DNA of 63,282 bases, filler included, from Octopus bimaculoides (Eukaryota): NCBI RefSeq assembly GCF_001194135.2. It is 6 parts of 6 records of this genome, joined end to end, with 100 filler letters (N's around TTAATTAATTAA, not from the genome) between each part and the next. Parts side by side here need not be neighbours in the genome. Positions count along the whole stretch, not along the records: positions 1 to 15,742 come from NC_068987.1; 5 more parts are not named here. One strand, written 5' to 3'. Of this stretch, positions 1 through 12,345 are shown in pieces (position 1 is the stretch's first letter; the number at the start of each line of letters is the position of its first letter). The position numbers and the translations under genes are program-made. The notes under the pieces were generated by a model. That model did no database searches and was not told the DNA's origin. It saw only the letters and a program-made list of their open reading frames with translations.

Positions 1-139
1 TCTAGAGAAGCGATCCGTTATAGCCTTCCTGTCTCCGGTGTTAGCAACGAGATTTACCCCCTCTCTCCCCTTCCTCTCTCCTCTCTCTCTTTCTCTCTCT
101 ATCTATCTATACATACGTACGTACATACATATATACATA

Positions 140-335
140 CATAGTGAGTTCAAACAAGAAAAACGATTAAAAAAATACAACAAAAAACAACAACGCGAGT
201 ACATGATACAGATGTTGTGTTACTGGACGCTCAGGAAAGGAAAGAAAGAGAATTTGACGTTTCGAGCGAAGTTCTTCGTCGGAAATATAGGAAAGTCCAA
301 AGAAGGGAAGACGGAGGAAGAAAAAATCGCCAATA
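140..335 (-). mobile_element. Short non-autonomous repeat with a degenerate minimal hammerhead motif (Penelope terminal-repeat-like)
   Basis: Minus strand 286-252 reads AUUU-CCGACGA-A-GAAC-UUCG-CUC-GAAAC-GUC-AAAU. A homologous copy lies in the opposite orientation at about 16300-16500. The element is embedded in (ACAT)n tracts. Confidence 0.65.
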
Positions 336-353
336 CATACATACATACATACA

Positions 354-385
<32 letters not shown>

Positions 386-792
386 CATACGTATATATGC
401 ATGATGTGAGCCCAATGTCTAGCCTGAATATATACAGTGCAGTGTAAGTGAAAATCGTGGGAGAAGAGGAAGTCGGATCATGGCGTCAACTCTTGTCGCT
501 TGTTCTTTAGAGTAGAAAAGGAAACCAATAAAATAAAACCCCTGATACACCCGCCAATAACAAAAGCACAATAGCAATAGTAAGAACAAAATAAAATGTA
601 AATTATGTATCAAGTGACGTTTTGGTGTTCCCAGTTATCGTCCCTTCAAGATATATTTTATGACTCACTTCACCACTCACCCACAGAAAACATCTCACGT
701 ACGCAGTATCATAGCTGAGTGAATATGTGAGCAATCAACTTACTGTCTTCTAGTCTATTTATTCATAACACGTTTTCTTTTCGGTGTCATGT

Positions 793-850
<58 letters not shown>

Positions 851-968
851 CACACACACGAACGCACGCACATGCACGCACACACGCATAAACAGGCATA
901 TACATGTCTCTATGTGTGCACGCATACATATACATAAATATATAGTGTGATTATATGTGTGCGCGTGC

Positions 969-1008
<40 letters not shown>

Positions 1009-1029
1009 TAGACATGTATATATCTTTTT

Positions 1030-1457
1030 ATCTCTTATCTTTTACTTTTTTCATTCATTTGATTACGGCCATGCTGGGGCACCACCTTGAAGGCTTTTAA
1101 CCGAACAAGTCGACTCCAGGACTTTTTAAAGCCTATACTTATTCTATCGGTATTTTTCGCTATGTTACGGAGACATATACCAACACCGGTTTGAAACGGT
1201 GGTGAACAAACACATACACAAAGACACACACACATAGATGCATACATACGTACATACATACGCACATACATACATACATACATATATATTGTATATATGA
1301 TAGGCTTCTTTCAGTTTCCATCAACTAAATCCACTAATAAGGCTTTGGTCGCGCGATGCTATATTAGAAGACACTCGTCCAAGAAACCGCGCAGTGAGAC
1401 TGAAGCCGGAACCTTGTAGTTGGGAAGTAAGCTTCTTACCACAAAGCCACGCCTGTG
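1030..1457 (-). mobile_element. tRNA-derived SINE, family A (CORE-like middle, internal CA/ACAT tract)
   Basis: Head on the minus strand (GGCGTGGCTTTGTGGTAAGAAGCTT...GGTTCCGGCTTCAGTC) and a body shared with copies at 24510, 24950, 26135, 49215, 57370, 58527 and 59045. Confidence 0.8.
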
Positions 1458-1689
1458 CATCCCATAAATTTCCAGACTTTTTCAGGAGAGACATTTATTG
1501 ATTTCAAAGGAGTCCAAAACTCTAATCTCCTTCACAGTAGGACCTCTGACGTTAATGTCCTTGTGGTTGCGCTCCAGCCCCTTCGCGAAGGCCACCCGTG
1601 GAAGTCAGAAAAGTTGGCAGGTCAGCTTATTAGATGTTTTGCAATGATATACTATAATCACAATAATCTAGGACTGTTATAACTGCCTT

Positions 1690-1850
1690 TTCTAAAAAGT
1701 TTCAAAACGCCTGGAGTGCACCTCTTATGTATGTCATTATTCAGTTTTATTTCAAGATTTCTTGCCAATAGAGAAAGAGCCTGTTTCTAACCTAGATCCA
1801 AGGTTCCTTCATTGGAATTTTAACATCGACAACAAGGTATTTTGTATGTA
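1690..1850. repeat. Dispersed repeat shared with 37900-38020 (inverted)
   Basis: TTTCAAGATTTCTTGCCAATAGAGAAAGAGCCTGTTTCTAACCTAGATCCAAGG matches the reverse complement of about 37935-37995. Both copies abut (ATGT)n tracts. Confidence 0.75.
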
Positions 1851-1931
1851 TGTATACGTGCAGATTTACATGTTTTGTTTTATGTATGTCTTCTCATGGA
1901 TATAGTTGCATATCTAGACATGTTCATATGC

Positions 1932-1964
<33 letters not shown>

Positions 1965-2229
1965 TACACGCATATATTATAAGTATGCATTTATGCGTGC
2001 GCTTGTGCACTTATATATAGCTATACCTACGGAGAGTTCCATGTTAGCTATAAATATGAAACAAAAGCCATTACATTTTAGCGTATATGACCTTCGTCTA
2101 AAATAAGATTTTGATATGTACAGACAGTCTCCTGTTGTCTCAACTCAGCTTTCACTAACTTTCACTCTCTGTTCTTTCAAACAGTATTATACTCATGCTT
2201 TTCGCATGGCCAGTATAGAGTTATAAATA

Positions 2230-2560
2230 AAGAAGTCATGGGCGACGAGCTATGAATATGGCAGCAGGATAGTACAAAGCCTCACACAGCCAAGGTTACT
2301 GTTCAGTTCCTCCAACAATCTACCCCTGATTTTATTGCACTTGAAGAATGACCTTCAAATAGTCTGGACTTAAATGTAATGGATTACTGTGTCTGGAGCT
2401 TGTTATTAGCAGAGATACCGTCATTGATGGATTGAAAACGTGCTTAATAAAAGCTTGGAATGACATCCCTCAAGTTACACTTCAAAATGCCAAACGAGAT
2501 TGGATTTCTCGATTAAAACGCTGTGGCGAAGTGCAGGAAGACATTTTGAACACTTGCATG
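2230..2560 (+). mobile_element. Tc1/mariner DD37D (maT-type) transposase C-terminal relic
   Basis: Translates as IWQQDSTKPHTAKVTVQFLQQSTPDFIALEE*PSNSLDLNVMDYCVWSLL...KAWNDIP. There are 37 residues between the second and third Asp, plus an in-frame stop. Confidence 0.8.
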
Positions 2561-5537
2561 TTAATATGATATCACACTTTGCGATACTTATTGTTTACCT
2601 CAAATAGACCTTGTGAAAATATAAATCGGCATTTCACCTATTTTATCATTCTCAGAATCGAAATAAATTCACTGGTGATTGAGGCTTACTGAGAAAAGCG
2701 AGTAAGATTGAGGCTCATTGAGAAAGCGAGTAAGAATACGTTGTGATGTTCACACTTCTCAGTGATGATTTTAACAACCGAGTGAAGTTAAATAGAATCA
2801 ATAAGTAAAAAAAAAAAAAGCGAACAATCGTTTCAGTCTCTTCTCGTCAGCAGTTCTCTAATCTGTGTGCTGCATAGTTGCGTGACTAGGAAGTTCATTA
2901 AGCAACTACATAACGTTAAACAACTACAGAACTACAAGTTCAATCCCACAATATAGCACCAAGGACAGTTGTCTTCTATCCGAGTTTCGGAGGAACAGAA
3001 ACTGGAACGAATTTTGATAACCGGAGGAGCAGTTACTATTTTTGGAGGCTAGAATTATTCTAACGCGCGGTTTATCCCCACCACATGGTTTGGGTATTTT
3101 AGCGGAGTCCATTCTGCTGCAAGCATTTAGATCAGGTCTCTTGTTTTGCGGATAATTTTATCCCATTCTTACCACTAGAAAGAGTCATGGCACTGTTTAT
3201 CTTTTCCCCCATTTACTATTAAAAAGAAAATTTTACAATGCTCTGTAATTAGATTCCTAATTTAGGTACATGGTCAGCATTATTCAGAGAAAGGGGTTAA
3301 TCGTTACCATCGTCTTGTACTTTACTGTTTACCTTATCGACCCGGAATGGATGAAAGGCAAAGTTAACCGAGGTAGATTTTGAACACAGAGTATAAAGAT
3401 AAAAAAAAACTCCGCAACACATATGACCGGCGCAAATGGTTTTGCCAATTCATCAGTATGCAGTGTTCTATAACAGTAATAATAATTATTTGTCTAATAC
3501 AGCCAGCTAAAGTTAGTTATAGGGAAACGGCAAGAAATATGACTTTCTTAAGCTATTATTGATGCAATTGAAATGAATTTGTTAAAACAGCTTCGCTTAA
3601 CTTTTCTTCCTTTCTGGCGAATGGGACGCCGTGAGTGACCATCCCTCACAACCCTTCCCACTGCACTACGTAGCCGTTTCCGAGAGAGAGAGAGAGAGAG
3701 GGGGGGAAGACGAACCCAGTACTTCATTAGTATGCTGAAAGCTGGAACAAATATCACAAATATCACGTTCTTGCCTATCCAAAAATGAAATGAAATTACT
3801 CCACCCTCAGAATATAATCATGTATTATAGTTCACCAGGCTGTTTATCTCGATTGCTTCTAGAGTGTTACATACTAACAGTTATTTGGTTCACACAAACA
3901 CGAAGAGTAAAACGTCAACTCCCTCGCAATTTTCAATTTCTACTCTATGATGTCATAGATTTCAACATATGGTGTTACAAAGTATGTCTCGCACNNNNNN
4001 NNNNNNNNNNNNNNNNNNNNNNNNNNNNNNNNNNNNNNNNNNNNNNNNNNNNNNNNNNNNNNNNNNNNNNNNNNNNNNNNNNNNNNNNNNNNNNNNNNNN
4101 NNNNNNNNNNNNNNNNNNNNNNNNNNNNNNNNNNNNNNNNNNNNNNNNNNNNNNNNNNNNNNNNNNNNNNNNNNNNNNNNNNNNNNNNNNNNNNNNNNNN
4201 NNNNNNNNNNNNNNNNNNNNNNNNNNNNNNNNNNNNNNNNNNNNNNNNNNNNNNNNNNNNNNNNNNNNNNNNNNNNNNNNNNNNNNNNNNNNNNNNNNNN
4301 NNNNNNNNNNNNNNNNNNAGTCACATTTTCATGAATTGAATATATTTTGTGTCTGTGTTGTTTCTTATATACTGGTTGAATTCATGTTGACTTGTCCACC
4401 AAAACTTTTTTTAACCGTTAGTTTCATTGGTCAACATCACGTGTTTGCTTGTCAGTCAAATTTTTTAGCCGTTAAGTCATATCAGCATACACGTGTTAAT
4501 TTTTGACGTGTGTTTTTGTGTGTTGATCTTGGTATTGTATAGGGATACGAGTATGACTTTGAGAGATAATCTATTTTTGTAGGGAATTGTAAGTATTCCA
4601 AAATACGAATTAGTTAGTTTTATAGTCATATTTTTAGATTACATCGGTCATTCGTAGCTTGTTCTCTGGCTTAACATGCTGTTGGAGTGTTATCGACAAA
4701 GATATTTCTAGCGTTTTTTTCTAGTATATTACACTGGTCAATACGATTTTTGGTGCCAAGAAACAAAACACGTTTTCTAGCTAATTTGATGCTGCTGATT
4801 CCGAAAATGACCTTAGTTTTTCATGGTTAGCTACAACTTTTGCTGTACTGAAATTGCTCATTTTTGGAAAAAGAATCAATTTACAATCTTGGCTGATCGC
4901 AAAATTTAGTTTAAAAAAGGTAGTAGAAACCCATGAATTTTCAGGTAGGCCGAGCAATTTATGTCAGCCACCTGAAATAAACTATTTTTATAAGAAAAAA
5001 CTGTTTTTGAGTCAAAACTTTTAAAATAGAAGTACCGATTTTTTCCAATTTATTGCCAAAATACAAATTAACTGATAAACTTTATTAGTAATGCACTTTA
5101 GTAAACCTGATAATTAAGGTAACTTAAAAAAAAAACGAAACCCTAAAATCTTCTGTTTGATATTCATAAGTTTATCCCCTCTCTTTTATCCCTTCAATAC
5201 AGAAAGAAACCAAGCAGATTAAGAGCTTTTGCTTTCACAGTTGGAAAAAAAAAACTCCAACTAAAGACATCCTAATTGAACACACCTATTCCATTGTACA
5301 TGATAAACATCATGAAAATGGTTTCACCATAACATCTGCCCTCCACGCAGGATTACGAAGATACAAAGTAGAATCAGCGTAACGAGTCTTTCCGTCTTTT
5401 GCTATTAACAGTTTTACGAGTCTTTCCGTAGGACATTAGGAACGATCAAATTACCTAAATATGAACACGCAAAGTATAATGTAAATGCTCAACCAACTCA
5501 TGTTCTTTTTTAATCATAGAGATAGATATCAAATAAC

Positions 5538-5963
5538 ATGGCTTCAACGAGTGGATGCAAAAATGATTCCAACTTATTTTGCTATACATGCGGGGAGTTC
5601 ATACCGAAAGCCAACAAGAAACCGATATCTGACTTTTACAAGAAAGCCTATCGTGCTTACTTTCACGTCGAGCTTGGTGATCAGGACATATCATGGGCCC
5701 CTCACATTGTTTGCAAGATATGTTTGGAACACATGAAACAGTGGAGTTCAGGTACCCGAAAATCGCTGAGATTCGCTATTCCTATGATCTGGCGTGAGCC
5801 AAAGAACCACTCTGACGAATGCTACTTCTGTTCAGTCAGTGTTGCGGGACTGAACCAAAAGAAACGCAGATCTATCGACTATCCTAGTCTTCATTACGCT
5901 TCATTCCTAGTCTTCATTCCGAAAACGATCCTATGTTTCCGAAACCTTGCCAGAGCCGTTTAA
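5538..5963 (+). pseudogene. Chapaev3-like transposase, N-terminal Cys/His zinc-binding region
   Basis: FCYTCG...DQDISWAPHIVCKIC...WREPKNHSDECYFC pattern. The frame shifts near 5900-5947. Confidence 0.75.
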
Positions 5964-6552
5964 CCAAAATGAATTAAATGATTTGGTTCGAGACTTAAAT
6001 CTAAGCAAAGAATCAGCAGAACTTTTGGTCTCCAGGCCCAACGAAAAACACCTGTTAGCAAAAGGTACAAAGGTAACATTCTATCGAAATAGGGATGCCG
6101 AATTTGTACCATTCTTTAATGAGAACACGGATCTTGTTCATTGCAATGACGGTGTGAGCGTTCTTCTTCGACTAGGCATCCACAAATACGATCCTGATGA
6201 ATGGAGATTGTTCATTGATAGTTCAAAACCTAGTTTGAAATGCGTTTTGCTCCATAATACCAACATGTATGCGCCAATACCTATAGGTCATTCAACAACA
6301 CTGAAAGAAAAACACGATGCCATCAAACAGGTTATAGAAGAGATTGACTACACCAAACATAAATGGATGTTATGTGCCGATTTGAAAATTGTAAATTTCC
6401 TGCTTGGTCAACAAAGTGACTACACGAAATTCCCATGTTTTTTGTGGATGTGGGAGAGTAGAGAAAAAGAGGAGCACTGGAAAAGGAAAGATTGGCCACC
6501 CCGAGAGTTGAAGGTCAGTGAAAAGAACGTTATTAGTGCAGCGCTATTTCCG
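5947..6552 (+). pseudogene. Chapaev3-like transposase catalytic region, truncated
   Basis: NELNDLVRDLNLSKESAELL, EWRLFIDSSKPSLKCVLLHN, WMLCADLKIVNFLLGQQSDYTKFPCFLWMW. The similarity stops just before the expected PPLH motif. Confidence 0.75.
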
Positions 6553-7558
6553 AAAAAGAAAAAATACAAAATTACAGAACAAGGTATACCTGAGGTAAAA
6601 GAACAGCTAAAGCAAGATATCCTCGCCAATGCACAAAGAATCCACTGGTATGAGAAACGCCAACGTTTCTTTGAACAAAACTCCAATCCGAAAAGATTCT
6701 AGCAAGAACTTAGCAAAAATAAAATAGAGATCAATGCAGCACCAAAAGCAGAAGGAGTGGAAGAATTTTGGAAAGAAATATGGTCAGCGAAGGAACAACC
6801 TCAGAAAAGATCTATCAAAACAACAAGCACAGCATCTGAACAACGCTGGACTCCTATAACATCTGAAAAGGTCACCCAGACACTGAAAAAACTGGAAGGC
6901 ACCCGAGCACGACAAGAAGGCAACTGGAAGATACTCGGACACGACAAGATCTCCAACTTCTGGTTAAAACATCTAACAGGAATACATAAAAAGTTGGCTG
7001 AGAAATTTAATGAAATATTAGCAGAGCCAGAAACAATGCCTGAATGGCTCGCGGAAGGGAAAACTATCCTAAGTCCCAAATTCACTGAAATGGTAGACCC
7101 ACAAGATTGCAGATCGATAACTTGTCTCCTTACAATTTACAAAGCCTTTACTGCAATAACATCGCAGAGGATGGGCAAACATCTGGATGAAAACAACCTG
7201 TTTCCAGAAGTGAAGGGATGCTGCAAGGGTTCATACGGATCAGCTACTTCTCAATAAAGCCATAACTGAAGACAGTCGCAGAAAGAAGAAGGGTCTAAGT
7301 ATGGCCTGGATCGATTACCGAAAGGCTTTTAATAGTATTCTCCACACATGGATCCAAAAAACACTAGCTGTGAACAAGGTAGCACCATTAATCATAAAAT
7401 ATATATAAAACATTCCATGATTAAATATCAGACATCCTACATAAAACACTTACAATACAGTAAATATAAGAGTACCACAACAAACTACAGCACATACTCA
7501 AGGCACACAAAACTGCGCTCGGTAGTGCAGTGAAAACACGTGATAAAAATTAGACTAT

Positions 7559-7621
<63 letters not shown>
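6553..7621 (+). mobile_element. R4/Dong-clade non-LTR retrotransposon, 5'-truncated and internally deleted, with 3' UTR and (AAT)n tail
   Basis: EQLKQDILANAQRIHWYEKR, EEFWKEIWS, GHDKISNFWLKHL, PEWLAEGKTILSPK, RSITCLLTIYK, AWIDYRKAF. The sequence then jumps to the same 3' end seen at 54330 and 55212 and ends in (AAT)n. Confidence 0.8.
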
Positions 7622-7623
<2 letters not shown>

Positions 7624-8329
7624 TTTGCACCCAATTTCAGCTGCCTCAAGAAAAGAGTTTTGTCACGGTATGGAAAATAATACGGAACTTTAGTGTAGAG
7701 ACATACCACCAGATAGCAATATGACTGACATAATTTTCAGTGGCGAAAATGATAATAGCATACTAATTATGAACTTAGAAGTATCAAATGACTATAATGT
7801 TGTGTGGAAGTTAGATGAAAGCTAATGAATTATATCGGCCTAACTTTTGAAACAAAAAACATTTTTGCTGTTTAAGGGGTGTGTCTAACATTCTATTTGT
7901 AGTTGACTCAACTGCAATAATAGTCAACCATTTTTGCAAAAGATATTACCAGATTACCTAGCAAGATCTATATTATAAGGATCTGTCCTGTAAGAACATA
8001 ACGCTACAAGGATTTGTAAATAATGTTAGGGAATTTTATTATAGTATTTCTTAATCTTGGACACTTTTGTTAACCTTGAACGCTTTTTGCATGTTTTTCA
8101 AGACGTGTCTAAATCTTGTTTTAATAAAGGAAGCACTTCATGTATTTCGATCTATAAGGATAGAGATAGACATGTTGCAGAAGATACTAGATTCTGCAAA
8201 CGATGATAAAACATTTTCACAAACCACTTTTATGACTGTTTTTAAAGATGTGCGTAATTATCTTTGATATAAAAGAAAAAAAATTATGTAATAATCAAAA
8301 AATGAATAAATAATGATTTCTGATTCAAG

Positions 8330-9060
8330 CACAAAGTCAACAATTTGTTGGGAATGTGTTAGTCGATAAGATCGAGCAACCCGAAAGGATGAAAAGCAAA
8401 GCCGACCTCAGCAAAATTTAAACTCACAACGTGGATCTATGACTAAATACAGCTGAACATTTGGCCGACGTTCTAACGATTCTGACAATCTATCGCCATA
8501 GACTATGAACAAGACAACTACAAAAGCCATTATAATAATGGTTTCAAATTTTGATACAAGGCCAGCATTTTCGGTACAAGGCCAGCTAGTCCATTACATA
8601 AGCCTCAGTGCTCAGCTGGTACTTATTTTATTGACTCTGAAAGGATGAAAGGCAAAGTCAACCTCGGCAGAATTTGAACTCGGAACATTAAGACAGACGA
8701 AATGCCGCCAAGCATTTTATCCGGCGTGCTAACGATTCTGCTAGCACGCCGCCCTAAAAGCAATTATAATAATGATTTCTAATTTAGGTACATTGGCATT
8801 AGTTTTGAGGAGAAGGGGTTAGTTGATACCATCGAACTCAGTTCTTGACTGTTACTTAATTTTATCGACCCTGGAGGATTGAAAGGTAAAGTTGATCTCA
8901 GCGGGAATCGAACTCAGAATGCAAAGAGCCGTAACAAAACCAAAAGGCTTTCTCCCGACACTCTCGTAGGATTCTACCAATACACCACCCAAATAATGAG
9001 CCGCCGAAAACAATATGCACTCGCTCGACCTACAAGAAATAGCATCTAAATCTTCTCTCA
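8330..9060 (-). mobile_element. Three tandem SINE family B copies (central domain resembling Nin/Deu)
   Basis: Repeated unit, read in sense: GGCG..GCTGGCAGAATCGTTAG..GAGTTCAAATTC..GAGGTCGACTTTGCCTTTCATCCTTTC..GATAAAATAAGTACCAG..AAATTTGAAACC(ATT)n. The Nin/Deu assignment is from memory of that consensus. Confidence 0.75.
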
Positions 9061-9629
9061 TTTACACCTGCTATCTTAAAACTGTAAGGATAAGAGTATA
9101 ATGTAAACATGGTTATATTATACTTGAAAACAGTAGTTGGTCACGGCTGAAGCGCCTCTAATCTTACGTTTTCTCCATCTAGGCTGGTCTTGGGCTAAAC
9201 AACTACTGATTGTCAGATCAAAGCGAATCATCCTATGTTAAACAAAGACAAGAATGAAGATGTTCTTAGTATGATAGAAATCTTCATAGCCTCTAACCAA
9301 AACATTGCATGAAAAGAAATAAAGAACATTATCAAAATATTTTGAAGTAGAAATAAGTAAGGTGTAGGGTAAGAGAGAAAAAAAGGAATCAAAAGTAATT
9401 GATGCACGGACTTTGATAAAGAAACAAAAACAACGAAACATAAAGCATTAAAATCATACAAGACTTTAAAATTTACACACAGCCCCAGAATTGTTTCTGT
9501 AAAGAAAAATTCCCATATTGTACGAAACTTTTTAGCGTCAATAACATAATTTACACAAAGTACTATCTGCACAGTTCATACAACACAGTCGCCAGTCAAT
9601 ATATATTTTTCTTTCTTTCTATTATAGAC

Positions 9630-10065
9630 ACACGACCTGAAATTTGGTGGTAGGGGGCTAATGGATTTCATCGACTTGTGCTCAACTGGTACTTATTTTA
9701 TCGATCTTGAAAGAAGAAAAGGTAAAGTCGACCACTGCAGAACTTGAACTCAGAACGTTAACCCAGAAGAAATGCCGCTAAGAACTTTGTCCGGTGTGCT
9801 AACCATTTTGCTAGCTCGTCGCCTTTATAACCAGCTAATATTACTTTCAAATTATGGCACAAGGCTAGCAGTTTCAGTGGGGGGTAAGTCGATTACATCG
9901 ATCTCAGTACCCAACATGTACTTGTTTTATCGATCTCGAAAATATGAAAGACAAAGTCGACATCAGCAGAATTTGAGCTCAGAATGTAAATCCGGAAGAA
10001 ATGCCACTAAGTGTTTTGTCCAGCATGTTAATCATTTTGTCAGCTCATCGCCTTTATCGCCAGTC
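9630..10065 (-). mobile_element. Two tandem SINE family B copies
   Basis: Same unit as 8330-9060, at about 9630-9825 and 9845-10065. Confidence 0.75.
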
Positions 10066-10085
10066 AATATTAAAAATAATACTTA

Positions 10086-10290
10086 GGCGGTAGAGCTGAT
10101 AGAGTTGTCAGCACATCGAACGAAATGCTTAGCGGCATTTCATCCGTCTTTACATCGTGAGTTCAAATTCCATCGAGGTCGACTTTATCTTTCATCCTTT
10201 AGGGGACGATAAAATCACTGGTACTGATGCAATCGACTTACCTCATTCCCCCACAATACTGGCCTTATGCCAAAATTTGAAATCAATATT
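10086..10290 (+). mobile_element. SINE family B copy
   Basis: GGCGGTAGAGCTGATAGAG..GAGTTCAAATTCCATCGAGGTCGACTTTATCTTTCATCC..CAAAATTTGAAATC. Confidence 0.75.
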
Positions 10291-10666
10291 AAAAATAGTA
10301 CGTTATACACCCGTGTCTATATATATGATTGACTCCTGAAACCATCCTGCGAAAAAAAAAAAATATGAGACATTGTCATTATGTTAGGAATCATTAGTTT
10401 AACACAATCTACGCAATACATAGTCCACGCAATCACCATCCAATCCAATTAAATAACTCATACAACTCGTGCTCTACTCAATCGAAACTAAATACTATTG
10501 AATACGTGATGATGAAGGTGAAGAAGATGACACGATAATTATAACCACCAACACCGCCACCACCACCACCACCACCACCACCGATCACCACTAAAACTAC
10601 CACTAAAGTAATACACTATCTTCAGTCATCCTGTATCGCCTAACCAAACATCAAACTCATTCAAGC

Positions 10667-10717
<51 letters not shown>

Positions 10718-11146
10718 ACACACACATTAATAATCCGTTAATATTACACTGCTGAAGTTCCAGCTTTCAGAAATTGGTTAACTGATCAGCAAACAGAGGA
10801 CAAACATTTCTCTGTGCTATTGTTTTAAATGTAATTGAGCCATCAGCGATAATTCATTATCTTCTTCAATACCCCACTCAACAAAAAGAAAAAAAAAAGA
10901 CAAAATAAAATGTTTATCTTGCTGTTGTGCTGTTGTTGATAATAGGAACTAGTTGCTGAAAACTCGTTAGCTCACTCACTAATCCGGTTTTCGTGAAGCC
11001 AGGTAAATCTCTAGAGGAAATTGCAAGACTTCGAACACAACTTGATGCAACTATGAACGATAACAGTTGCAGTAACAGCATCTGCATACATAATAATATC
11101 CATATCTTAAGAGAGGATCGATAAGTGATTCTATAAGAATAATTGG

Positions 11147-11535
11147 TGTTGTTGTTGTTGGCACTCCGTCGCTTACGATGTCGAGGGTTCCAGTTGATCC
11201 GATCAACAGAACAGCCTGCTCGTGAAATTAACGTGCAAGTGGCTGAGCACTCCACAGACACGTGTACCCTTAACGTAGTTCTCGGGGATATTCAGCGTGA
11301 CACAGTGTGACAAGGCTGGCCCTTTGAAATACAGGTACAACAGAAACAGGAAGAAAGAGTGAGAGAAAGTTGTGGTGGAAGAGTACAGCAGGGTTCGCCA
11401 CCATCACCTGCCGGAGCCTCGTGGAGCTTTAGGTGTTTTCGCTCAATAAACACTCACAACGCCCGGTCTGGGAATCGAAACCGCGGTCGTATGACCGCGA
11501 GTCCGCTGCCCTAACCACTGGGCCATTGCGCCTCC
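11147..11535 (-). mobile_element. tRNA-derived SINE family C, well preserved
   Basis: A box TGGCCCAGTGG and B box GTTTCGATTCC on the minus strand, an (AAC)n tail and a probable 12-bp target-site duplication (ATAAGAATAATT / ATAAGTATAATT). Homologous to 33297 and 36599. Confidence 0.85.
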
Positions 11536-12000
11536 ACATAAGTATAATTAAATGCGCGTTAAACCTCCATATTTTTTTTATCACGTCCCAGGAAAGCTGA
11601 GCAGTGCCATCACCCTTTACACTGTCACTGAGACTTGTTAGAGGGAGAAAGGTATCCTTAAATGTGAAACTATGCCCAAATACTTGCAAGAGAGTGGACT
11701 CCGTTTAAGGCACCTAAAGACCAGGTGATGGTGTTAATCCAAGCGACTGATTATGTGTACTAGTCAAGTAAACTCCGGTAGGCTTTAATCTCAGAGCGCA
11801 AAGAACCGAAAGAAATATATTATGATTCCAATCTACTTTACTTCCTTAAACCAAGATCCTATAACTCCAACCAGTGCCGGGATATGTTTTGCGGATACTT
11901 GGGGATGTAACCAGTGCTGGTACAATGAAAAACGCACCTAATTCACTCTGTGAAGTAGTTGGCGTTAGGAAGGGCAACCATCTGTAGAAACCAAGCAGAG

Positions 12001-12036
<36 letters not shown>

Positions 12037-12139
12037 GTATATGCATGTGGGTGGTTGCTTGTGTTGATAGTTAAAAATATTCAATAGTTTTGGCTGCTCC
12101 GTATTAATTACATATATATAAAAAAATATTTCTTCTACA

Positions 12140-12345
12140 ATAGGCACAAGACCTCAAATTTTGGGCGAAGTTGACTAGTCGACTACATCAACCCCGTGCT
12201 TCACTGGTACTTATTTTATTGACACCGAAAAAAGATGAACGTTAAATCGACCTCAGCGGAGTTTCAACTCAGTACGTGAAGACGGACAAAATACCGCTAA
12301 GCATTTTGTCCGGCATACTAACAATTCTGTCAGCTCACCGCCTTA
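12140..12345 (-). mobile_element. SINE family B copy
   Basis: Same unit as the other B copies. Confidence 0.7.

Larger units (their letters stand above)
4732..6552 (+). mobile_element. Chapaev3-like (CMC superfamily) DNA transposon, 5' part, right end not found
   Basis: Starts TTA|CACTGGTCAA at 4732, then GCTGCTGATTCCGAAAATGAC, resembling Chapaev3 left termini as I recall them. The transposase ORFs follow downstream. Confidence 0.7.

Noticed and set aside
2821-2856. Minus-strand CUGACGA..GAAAC hammerhead look-alike
   Set aside because: Stem II has at most 2 bp, stem III does not pair and stem I is offset by 2 nt; probably chance.
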